From NCBI RefSeq assembly GCF_964204645.1, contig NC_134034.1:10490962-10554961 (forward strand): a DNA stretch of 64,000 bases. The letters run 5' to 3'. Of this stretch, positions 1 through 11,350 are shown one piece after another (the first letter of the stretch is position 1; the number at the start of each line of letters is the position of its first letter). This DNA comes from Tubulanus polymorphus (lineage: Eukaryota; Animalia; Nemertea). The translations under genes and the position numbers were made by a program. The notes beneath the pieces were generated by a model. That model saw only the letters and a list, made by a program, of their open reading frames with translations, did no database searches and had not been told where the DNA came from.

Positions 1-1117
1 CCTCTACCCGGCATACACCCCACCCAAACCGACAATCCTCCTCACTGAAATTCCTTTGAAGGTTCGTCCGCGCTTTCGATCGAACGAATCGATTGATGGT
101 AAAAATAGCGCTCAGTCATTTTGAATCGAACTTCTTTTTGCTTACATATAATCGATATCAACAACATATGTGTGATTACCGTACGACATGATTACTCTGC
201 GTATGAAATCATTTTCCTGCGCGCTAATAGATCCTATCTAGGCCCATTACTAACAGACCGGCGGTAGAGAGAAGGATTCGATATCGTTTTTTAAACTACC
301 CGATAATTTCGACCCGATATTTGGTCACGAGGCGTCGGTTTCAATTATGTATATTCAAATTACGTATACACAATCGATAATGGTAGCTGTTTGAAACTGG
401 GTAAGATTCGAATTTTTCGATTTTTGAACGACCACTTTGTGGATTGTCTTCTTTTTGCATCACGATCTTCACCCGAACGTGGATCTCAGTTAAGGTCGAT
501 CTGTGCGCGATGAGGAACGCTCTACTATCGCGATCTTCGCCCGACCGAATTGAGGGTTCCCGGTGAACTGTCCGGATATGAGGGACAATCCTAACTGTTA
601 TACCGTGCGTAATATTGCATAAATGGTTTCCAGTTATATCGTATCCTTCGCCTTTTGTTCCTTTTCTCGAAAAATCTAAAACCCCCTCGATCTCTTAAAC
701 AAACAACTCATTTTTACTTATAACAACAAACGTTGACCTAATCGTACCCATAACTCCCCTTAATTAAACTGAACCCCTGAACATTGGTGTGTATAAAATT
801 CCCTGTAAAGTTTGTAATAAAATATATATTGGTGCGATTTACACAAGCGCATCCGTGAGCATAAAAACGATGTTAAGCCTGAAAGTGATGATTGCCAATC
901 ATGTTTACGAAACCAGCCACGATTTTGATTTTGAAAATACATCCATAATTTTCCCCTGTCCAGTAAAAAAATTAAACTACACATTATGGAATCGGCTCTG
1001 ATTATCGAAAACTTGGAAATTGTGTTAATTTGAATAACGGTTTCTCCTTCCACAACCTTTTGATCTCGCTTCTCTTGTACCCACGTCTTATTAATTCCCT
1101 CCATTGGTTGCCCTTAT

Positions 1118-1378
1118 GAATATCACTTTTTACTCGTCTGCCCGTACTTCCAGGAATCCAGAGCTAGATATATCCCGGAGCGTTATTGGAGATTCCCCAA
1201 TAACGTAAAGTTGTATGATTTGTTTGACTCAAATTGCCAAACTCTTAAAAAATTGGCGTTGTATATACGCAAATGTTTAATACATTTCTAATGTTAAATG
1301 TTGCAATGTCTATTGTAAATTAATTTTGTGCTCTGTGCAATTGTATAATTGTGGAGTAAATAAACTTAACTTAACTTA
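1118..1378 (+). mobile_element. Non-LTR retrotransposon (LINE, RTE-X-like) 3' end nested in the Penelope element
   Basis: Translates EYHFLLVCPYFQESRARYIPERYWRFP...LKKLALYIRKCLIHF* (stop 1289-1291), resembling a LINE ORF2 C-terminal His/Cys motif. AATAAA at 1359-1364 followed by a (CTTAA)n tail. Confidence 0.6.
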
Positions 1379-1671
1379 TTATCGCTTGCTTGTTTCCACG
1401 CACTCACTGATTATCGCCTTTCATGTTCCTTCCCTGTGTTTTCATCTGATTACCCTTAGCTTGTCCTCACGTTTTAATCACTTAAGTTTGTGTATTTTGT
1501 TTTTAAATTACTTTAATTTGTAATACCCCCCTGTTTGCTATTGCTTACTTTACTGTTGTTTTCCAGCCGTTATTTCATAACTTTAATCTATTCCCCTTTC
1601 AACTTTTTAATCACTCACTCTGTTTCTATTGTTTTGTTCTTTTATAAATATCTTGTAATATTCTCCTGTTC

Positions 1672-1719
1672 TGCGTACGCCTGATGATGGCTAACAGTCT
1701 TTAGCCGAAACGTTGCGCA
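1672..1719 (+). ncRNA. Minimal type I hammerhead ribozyme (Penelope-associated)
   Basis: CGC-CTGATGA-T-GGCTAA-cagtct-TTAGCC-GAAA-CGTT-GCG: catalytic boxes CUGAUGA and GAAA, perfect 6-bp stem II, palindromic ACGU in place of stem III, short stem I (CGC/GCG). Confidence 0.75.
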
Positions 1720-2271
1720 AATATATATACTCTTCTATTCAAGTTTCTCGTTTTAGCTGCATTTATTGTGGGATTTCTCGCGTTTATATCGTATCCTACC
1801 CGCCCCGACGATGCTTGATGACAGTATCACAATTATCAATTCATTATTCATACAAATTTTAATTTATCGTTTGCCCGTTTGCGCAATACTCGACGGTGCT
1901 TAGTACGTAGAATAGGGGCTTAGTGATATTTGCTTTATTAACGAACAGAACACCGCGCTGCTCGGCTACAGTTGACGCGAATTCTTATTAACGCTCATTA
2001 ACAGGATGGTGGCTTGTTAGGCCATGACGCACAAATTAAGCCTACAACTGTCAGCCTTCACTCGGAATTTACCGCCGAACGAAGCCTCTGTCGTCTGTTT
2101 CAATTAACTTAAATCTAGCGTTGTGTGCGGGTTCTAATGAGTGGCACTTCAAAATTAGTTCGGCCGGGGCGGCTCTGATAAACTGATTCTTTATGGCTTG
2201 TTCTAATCTCGGTGTGTGCCATACGTTAGAAGAAACTTGAAACATGTTTTTGTAAAAAAAAATAAACACTA

Positions 2272-2438
2272 CAGTCAAACCCGCTTAATCTGGATCGTCT
2301 TAATCCGGATTTAGGTCTTATCCGGACGATATTCGCAGTCCATTTGTTGATTAATATACGAGAAAATGACTTGTAATCCGGACATCCCGTAAACCGACCA
2401 ATTGGCCCCAAATGACCCGAATTTAGCGGGTATTACTG
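2272..2438. mobile_element. pogo/Tigger-like MITE
   Basis: TA|CAGTCAAACCCGCTTAA ... TTAGCGGGTATTACTG|TA: imperfect terminal inverted repeats with TA flanks. Confidence 0.6.
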
Positions 2439-3295
2439 TAAAAACGACAATTTTAACATCAGTTCGGGCCGAAAGAATATTGTCCGAAATTCGATATAGA
2501 TTTTTCGATAAAATGGTGCTAGGCCCTATATATTATAATTTTTGTAACCTTTAAATTTTAATCGATAATCGTGTAACTTACAAACCCCCCACACCTGCCG
2601 GGAGCGAAACATTGAAAACGGAATGTACAGAGTTGTGTGATCGGCGGTCGAATTACAGAGTTGTGTGATCGGCGGTCGAATTTACAAACTGTTTTTGTTT
2701 AAATCGAAGTACATAATTGGAAATGTCGGTTCTATCTCATTCAAACAATTCTTCTTATTGAGGCCAACCGAACTGTTCACCCGGTCCTGGAAGTGTTTTT
2801 TTCCACGCATGATCTACGCCCGCTCAACGATCCTTGTGCCCGGTGGTGTCGTGCAAACTGGTTATGCGATGATGAAGTCAAACTTTGAAGTACTTTCAAC
2901 TTGGTTGTGGCCCCTTTCTAATGCCGAGTTATCCCAGCGTTGAACACCGAACATTTTTACAATGAAAGCACAGGGACTTATCAATGACCACGTATCACTA
3001 TGACCAACCCTATGAGAGTAAAGAGTTGGTTTAATGCAGTCTTAGTCTTTTGTCAAAAGACAAATTACCAATGTATCAAACTAACCGAATTACAACGATT
3101 TCAATGATCGACGAAAGACCATACGTCTAAGGTACTGATTACTGATCAATTGTGACAAGTCCCTGCCGTGACTGAAAAACAACCGATTTAGAACGCCTTT
3201 TTTCCTAGGGACATTTTGAGACGAGTCCAAGTCCACATCCGACGATTAGATTCGCGTTTCTAACGGATGCCCGGTGGTATTTAGTACGCCGCAAA

Positions 3296-6200
3296 ATGGC
3301 GACGTCCACAGATGAAAATAAGGACCGCATGGATGAAAATAAATCGAATAAAGTGATCGTTTCTCTGAAGGGAGGCTCGAGTTTCGTGTCTTACAGACCG
3401 ATATTTTCACACGATTCGAAGTTAGTAGAATACGACTAGATTTTGTTCTTTGAAGTTAGACCAACTCCCTCGATGAACAACAACTCAACAAACTGAACTT
3501 GAACTTTTTTGGGCCTGCTTTTGCCTGGGTAGTTCTGGTTAGACTGGATCTGGCATCTGACAAACACGCATACTAAAAGAAAGGAAATAATTTTTTTTAT
3601 CTAGGTCCTTTTGGCTATGGAAAACGTATAGAAAATTAGAAAACGGTCTCGATCAAAAGAAAATGTTCCTTCTACTATTTTGAAATTAAGGCTATACGTC
3701 TAAACGTATTTTTATACAAATTTAAACAAACTTTGTAGGTGGTATTGGCACATCTTAACACATTGCCTGTTCTAGATTTGCATATTTAATGGAGGGGTGT
3801 ATGGAATTATTCGTACGGGACGGGATAGGGTTAGGGTAAGGTGAGGCTATATCTAGTTAAAACATTCGGCCGACTGTCAGCGAGCTCGGTGGTCTAGTGG
3901 TATGATGCTGCGCTAGTAATTTACTGGCCCGGGTTCGAGTCATGCTCGATCCGCTCTATTTTTCTCTAACTCTATTCTCCACACTTTCCTGGAATTTTCT
4001 AAGTCGCGCACCTCTGTACGCATGCGCGGCGTTAATCAGCCAATCAGCGACAGTTATTAGCGTACAGATCCTAGTTCCGTACCAATAGCCTCCAGAGTAA
4101 TCCATATGGGTCCGTTTTATGAGCGAACATTTATAATCTGGGTACGGAGTTGGGTTTAGTTATCTATAAACTGATTATCGATTGCATCTGTTTTCCAGGT
4201 ATTTGTTTTGCTGTTGCGGTAATGTGGTTCAAGTGCTAAATGTGGAAAGTGGAGAATGTGTCCACCGTTTACGAAAACACCAAAACACAGTGACTGCCGT
4301 GAAATTAAACCCCTTGAATTATCTTCAGGTAAACGTCGAACAATCAAGGTCACAGGCCTAGATGGCATGGGCTGATTGCTTCAGAAAAATGAACACTTAA
4401 ACTTAACCCTTTCAGTGCTGGCTAATTAATACCTAAAGTGCTGAAGATAAGTTGAAAATTCTGAAAAATTCCACCCTAGTGTGTTGAATAACAGGAATAG
4501 CACTATAGTGTGTCTACACCGCGGCGCGGTGTATCGTTAGTTACTAGTATTTCACTACTATGTTTGACAGGTGCTGCCATTTTTCAAGAGAGACAATTAG
4601 TAATCACTAATTAAATCAATACACTGCAGTGAGGTGTACTAGCAAAATCCATCACTCATTCGTACACCGCACTTCGGTGTAGACGCACTGAAAGGGTTAA
4701 AAGAAATGAATATATAAGTTCATTTACGAAGAGTGAAGTCACATTTTAACCTCTGTACCAGTTCCATAATTATGGCTTAGACATAAGACCAGTCTAAGAC
4801 TAAGGTCTAGTAGACTTAGTTCTATAGCCAATAAGACCAGTCTTGGGATTCGAAACCATTTTTGGTTGTTACATTACCTATATAAGTGATGAGCTTAGAC
4901 TAGTCTTAAGTTGTTAGATAAGTTGTAGAATTTAGATTGTTTAAAGCTGGTCTTACGTTATCAGATTGACTATTGAACTACAGGTCTTAAACATAAGCCA
5001 TTGCTGTGCAACTGGGGTGTGAAAAAAAGCCAATTACACTAGTAAAGATGTGAAAAATCTGGACAATTTATTTGGAAAATCCTGGTGTTTGTTAGAAAAT
5101 ATGAGAAAATCTGATTGTAAGTTGTGAAAAAATGTGAAATTGCCAGAATTCATCAATCATTGATGAACTCTGGCAACTTCATATTTTTGTTGAACCAGTC
5201 AATCAGACCATTTTAATCAAACAAAAATTTGATACTTACTGATCTTAATTTCATCGATTATATTTCAGTTATACTCATCAGGTTTAGACGGTCAGCTCGT
5301 CCTGTGGGATTACTTGGATGCCGTCGTTTTGAAGACATTCGATTTGAAGCTCCCGATTTTCAGTTTTTCTCCGCTGGGTCTGATGACGTTGGAGACCGGT
5401 CGGCAGGCCGAATTTCTCGTAGCCGTCAGAGCTGATAAAAGTGAGTATTGATTGATAATCGAATCGAATGACCAACTGCGAGGATTGACCAGCTCTGACC
5501 AATCAGATGGTAGGATCGAAGATAGAGGCAATTTGCATACCAGGTGACTAGCTCTGACCAATCAGATGGTACGATCGGAGATAGAGGCAATTTGCATACC
5601 TACCAGGTGACTAGCTCTGACCAATCAGAAGTTAGGGTTAGGATTAAGCATGTGAGCGAGTTGCGCCCCCAAGTGACCAGCTCTGACCAATCAGATGGTA
5701 GGATCAGAGATAGAGGCAATAAAGAATTTGCATACCAGGTGACCAGCTCTGACCAATCAGATGGTCGGATCAGAGATAGAGGCAATAAAGAATTTGCATA
5801 CCAGGTGACCAGCTCTGACCAATCAGATGGTAGGATCAGAGGTAGAGGCAATAAAGAATTTGCATACCAGGTGACCAGATTTGACCATGCAGAAGCTAGG
5901 CTCAGAATTAAACATATGGGCAATTTGCATACCAGGTCTGGTGACCTGCTCTGCCCAATCGGGTCCTAGTGTTAGGGTTAAGCATGTGGGCAATTTGCAT
6001 ACCAGGTGACCGGCTCCGACCAATCGGAAGCTTCCGAATCCAAAAATCATCAAACGATTCGTCAAGAGATTTTTCCTCTCAGTGTTGTGTATGTTTTACC
6101 TATGGTGGATATCTCGCTTGCCACTGTAAGCCATGCCAGGACCTCAATGAATAGATAAACCTACTCCGGTCTATAAAACTAGGCTACCCAGAACTCAGTC

Positions 6201-9200
6201 CACATTCAAATTTAAAAAAAAAAATTGAAATTGATATTTGTAGAAAAAAATGTAATTAATTTCCAGGTGCCCACATCGCGAAAGTGCAGCTGCCTTCGAA
6301 ACGCGAGGGGAAACCGAAAATCATTGAATTGATGAGAAACGTCAGTAAAAGCGATAAGATGTCAGCGGTCAGACTGAACGGAGAATTCGTAGTAAGCGTG
6401 AAACCTCGATGTCTCTCGATACAGTGGTTGAAGAAAGATAAATTCATCGAGTAAGTTGCGTGATTAGTTTTTTTTTTTGACTTGGCCCAGTTTTTGTACC
6501 GCGCGGAGTAGATACACCAGTGGGTAGCACAGTAGCGTGACTCGGTTTAGTCCATTTAGTGGTCCTTCATTTTAAGAATGTTAGATATCAGTTACAAAAC
6601 GAGAATGTCAATGATCTGGTCTTAGGTTGTTAGGTTGGTTTAGAACCAAAATGAACTTAGCCTATTGTCTCAAAGGAAAATTGTTAGATTGGTTATAGAA
6701 CCAAAAATGAACCTAGACTGGTGGTTTCGGGGAAAGTTGTTAGATTGCACTTAAAAAAAAACTTTAAAAAAAAGCACTTAAACTGGTGGTCTCAGGGAAG
6801 TTGTGAGATTGGTCTTGAAACTGGTGGTCTCAGGGAAGTTGTGAGATTGGTCTCGAAACTGGTGGTCTCAGGGAAGTTGTGAGATTGGTCTCGAAACTGG
6901 TGGTCTCAGGGAAGTTGTGAGATTGGTCTCGAAACTGGTGGTCTCAGGGAAGTTGTGAGATTGGTCTCGAAACTGGTGGTCTCAGGGAAGTTGTGAGATT
7001 GGTCTCGAAACTGGTGGTCTCAGGGAAGTTGTGAGATTGGTCTCGAAACTGGTGGTCTCAGGGAAGTTGTGAGATTGGTCTCGAAACTGGTGGTCTCAGG
7101 GAAGTTGTGAGATTGGTCTCGAAACTGGTGGTCTCAGGGAAGTTGTGAGATTGGTCTCGAAACTGGTGGTCTCAGGGAAGTTGTGAGATTGGTCTCGAAA
7201 CTGGTGGTCTCAGGGAAGTTGTGAGATTGGTCTCGAAACTGGTGGTCTCAGGGAAGTTGTGAGATTGGTCTCGAAACTGGTGGTCTCAGGGAAGTTGTGA
7301 GATTGGTCTCGAAACTGGTGGTCTCAGGGAAGTTGTGAGATTGGTCTTGAAACTGGTGGTCTCAGGGAAGTTGTGAGATTGGTTATAGAATTAAAATGAA
7401 CTTTTACCGGGTCTTGAGTTATTAAATCTTGAATCTGCTGATAAAGTCCTAAAAAGACTGACTTAGCGCATTAGCGCCACCTGATAACCCATGATTGTCA
7501 ACTTGTAGTAACTTTCGTCGACCCGTTTTTCAGGCATAAACTAGTGAAGGAACACACGAATACGAGAATGAGTTGCGTGGCGTGTCATCCGTCTGATAGC
7601 TGTATCGCCACCGGTTGCGACGACGGTATCATTCTATTGTGGTGGCATTTCTCCAGATCGGAACGCGTCGTCAAGTCGATCTATCAATGGCACGCCCTCC
7701 CGGTCGGAGATATACAGTTCACCGTAGAAGGTTTGTTTGTTTTGTTCGGTTTAGTTTACACTTAAAATCCCTTTAGGCCACACCAAAAGAAAATCCTGTT
7801 TCTCTGGCGGGGCAATCACCAAAATGGGTAGGGTAGGTAGGACATCTTTTTTTCTTTTTATAGAAAAAAAAATATCGTTTATTCTTCTATCAGTGGGTAG
7901 GTTGCCGTAAATAATTTTGACTGGACTAAATTCCTAGTCAGGAATGCGATTAACAGCTAGTAGACCACAATAATAAAAGGAAATTGAGGTGTTTGTACAA
8001 TTAACTATGAAAAAAACTATATTTTGAACATATTTCACGGAATTTGCCATTTCCAGAATCAAATTTTAAATCCGATATATTAAAATGTTTTTATAAAAAA
8101 TATTTACGAGAAAGGAGAGTTTGGTAGTCGGTCGGCCACATATATATTTTGGAAAAAAGTTATTTCACTGAAAATGTTGAAAAAGGGTCGGTAGGCGATT
8201 ATATTTTATTCTGAAAATGATTATTTGATATGGGGAAATAACGGGTCGGTTAGGCCCGAGAAACGGGGTTTTCTTTTGGTGTGGCCTTACTTACGTTCGT
8301 TCCCGAAATTCTGGATTTTATTCTTGTTTTTAGGTTCGTACATGATGAGCGGCGGTCAGGAAAGCGTTCTCGTCAAATGGCAGCACAACGCGTCGTCCAA
8401 CGATAAACACAGTCGTCAGTTTCTGCCGAGACTCGGAGCGCCGGTGTGCTACGTGACCACGTCGCCGGATAACGCGTGCTACGCCACTTGTCACTCGGAT
8501 AACGGTAAATACAGGGTTCATAATAATGATAATAATAATAATGATAATAATAATAATAATTTATTTCTCTACGTAGTAATTATTGTGCACTTAACATACG
8601 GTAAGAAAATTTTGAAAATTATGAATACAATTCTAGGTGAAATGCAACACATTGAGATTACTGAAATTGTCAATTTGTTGAAACAAATATTAAAACAAAT
8701 AGGTTCGTTAAAAAGATATGTTTTGAGGTTTGATTTGAAAGTTTCGACTTGTAGGACTAGATCTAATATGACTAGGGAGAGCGTTCTAGATTTCAGGAGC
8801 AGCAAATTTGATAGCTCTCTTAGCAAAATTTCTATTATGACTACATGATAGGTTTCACTAGAATCCTGAATGGAACGAAGTCAGGGGAATTTGTCGAGAT
8901 CACTAGATCGCGTGTAAAATGAGTTTCCGTCTATGTCTTACGTATTTGACTGTGTTAATTGATCGGATTCTAAGCAGATCAAGTCAGGGAAACAACGTGC
9001 GTGTCAGGGAATTATAGTCAAGGAAAAAGTCAGATAATAGTGGCCACCCTGTCTAAAATATGTTCATGCCTGATGCCTACGTATTCCTGAGATAGTCTTA
9101 AACTTTCATCTCAGATCAGTCTAAGCCCATTTTGGTGGTAAATTCAATCTATAATAACCAAAGACCATTTCCTTAGATTTGAGGCAGTTTTATTTGGACT

Positions 9201-11310
9201 CGGGACATTGATCGAGCCCAGACATTGAACGTAAGATGAATGTCTAATTTTGAAAAAAAAATTATTTTTGTTTTCAGAAATAAAAATCATCACAAATTTG
9301 ATGACGATCAAACAGGTCGTGCAAGGACTGACGATCGGACACGCCGGCACTATAAAGCGGAATCCCCTGCCGGCCGGACTGCATATCGACCCGCGAACGA
9401 AGGCGCTCGTTAGCAACGGAAAACTCGGGCATTTACAATTCTACAATTTACAAAACGATAAACAACTCTATAACGTAAGTTGAATTTACTGAGGAGTAAT
9501 ATCGATATTTCTAAGAGCAGATAGGGTTAAAGATTTCGACGTATTTCGATATTTTTTCTAGTTGGATATCGTCTGTCAGAACTACGTGTCGTCTACCAGT
9601 CGCGACCGAGCGATGATCGTCACAGAGTTGGAAAACGTCGCTTTCGACGCGTCCGGAAACTGGCTCGCGACCGTCGAACATTGGCACGACGCCAGCGAGG
9701 AGTTCTCGCGCGAGTTCCGACTGAAGTTCTGGCGATTCGACGCGGCGACGCAACGGTAAGAGATTTATTATCTTATGACAGTGTTCTTACAACGCCTTGA
9801 TCCTTGAAAACTCCCTCTGAACCAAAAATGTTTTTCAAGGTCCTTGAATTCGAGTAAAATGGCCAATAGTCGAAGAAATCTCCTTGAATTTTGAGAAATT
9901 GGCTATGAGAAAAATGTTTAGGTTTTAGGCCTAGTTATTACACAGGGCCCAATTTTACAGTTCTGAGTTAAGATTTGTCTACTCTCAGAGTTAACTCATT
10001 GAAAACGAACTAACTTTAACTCAGAGTTAACTCGAACTCACAACTGTGGAACTGGGTCCAGATGAATTCCATCGAATTAAATGGTTTACTGAGAAAAAAA
10101 GGTAGCAAATTAGGAGGATTCTATAGTAATTACTGATGCAGACACTCCTTGAATTCTGGAATGACTGATCAGTAGGGACCCCGTTATAACTGGGTCCCTA
10201 CAACTCCTTGATTGTTTAAAATCTTCTAAACTGAGAATCGCTTTTGCCCAAATTCTGATGAGTAACTGCTATATAGTGGTATTCCCGTTATTCAACACAC
10301 TAGGGGGGAATTTTTCAAAATTTTCAAATTATCTCCAGCACTATAGGGTATTGATTAGTCAGCACTGAAAGGGTTAATCATTCTGACCGCTGCTTTGATT
10401 GTCGTATTTCAGGTATGCGTTGAATACAGTTATCGACATGCCTCACGACGATCGTATAAACAGTTTGAAATTCCGTCCGACGTTGAACAAGGACGACGAC
10501 GCGGCAACGGTCGTCACGACCAGCGCGGACGGACGATTTAAACTATGGTCGCTCGTCGACGATACAGATATATATCGTAAGTAGACAACTGAAAACATCG
10601 ATCGACTGGGTTCTTACGCGTTTTGAAAATTTGAAAATTTTTTCCACGCCCTGGAAAAGGTTATGGGAATTTTCTCTATACGGCTATGGAAAAGGTATAG
10701 AAAATCAGAAAATGGTCTGAAAATTCTATCTTGAATTTTAGGCTATATGCCTAAATGTCTGACTACACATTTGATAACAAACTTTATGAAAACACTTTGT
10801 CGATGGTATTGATAATTGGCACTTATTCACTGTGAATGAGCCTTCGCCTTGACTGTTCTAGGCTGGCGATAGTAACGTAGTAGTTGTCCGGAAAATCGAA
10901 TAATAATCATAAAAGTTATGGCAAATGAAATTGAGAAACCCGTAAGAACCTTTGATAAACTAGATGTCCATGAGGGGGCATTTGGAACTTCTACCCCGCA
11001 GTCAAGAAAAGATACTATTAAGAAACCAATTATCGCTTGCAAATTTCGTCGTAAAAGCTTCCGATGAAGTGGGATTATATCGGGTATCAGCATGTTCGTT
11101 ATGGAAGCTTTTACTCTATTAGTTTAAAGGTCAGACTGAAACTTTCTGGGGCCCTCTAACGCGAATTTATTATATAAAGGGGGTGCTCTTGTAGATTGGT
11201 ATTAACTTAAACCCGGTGGTTAACTCGATTCATTTTCAATCGATTAAGCCCGTGGGCCCAGTTGCATAGATGCGACTTAAGTACAAAAGTCTTAAATCTT
11301 AAGACTAGTC

Positions 11311-11350
<40 letters not shown>

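Larger units (their letters stand above)
648..1783 (+). mobile_element. 5'-truncated, degenerate Penelope-like retroelement (GIY-YIG endonuclease remnant plus 3' region)
   Basis: GVYKIPCKVCNKIYIG motif at ~786-835, then frameshifted RIREHK and NHVYETSHDFDFEN segments typical of PLE endonucleases. Hammerhead motif near the 3' end. 14-bp direct repeat TTATATCGTATCCT at 634-647 and 1784-1797, a probable target-site duplication. Confidence 0.8.

Noticed and set aside
3881-3950. Functional tRNA gene (also 40901-40980)
   Set aside because: A and B boxes are present but the acceptor, anticodon and T stems do not pair properly; better explained as SINE-type heads.
6780-7385. Regular repeats (also 44415-44836, 57009-57312) as CRISPR-like arrays
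   Set aside because: Head-to-tail units without unique spacers, eukaryotic intronic context, and no cas genes.
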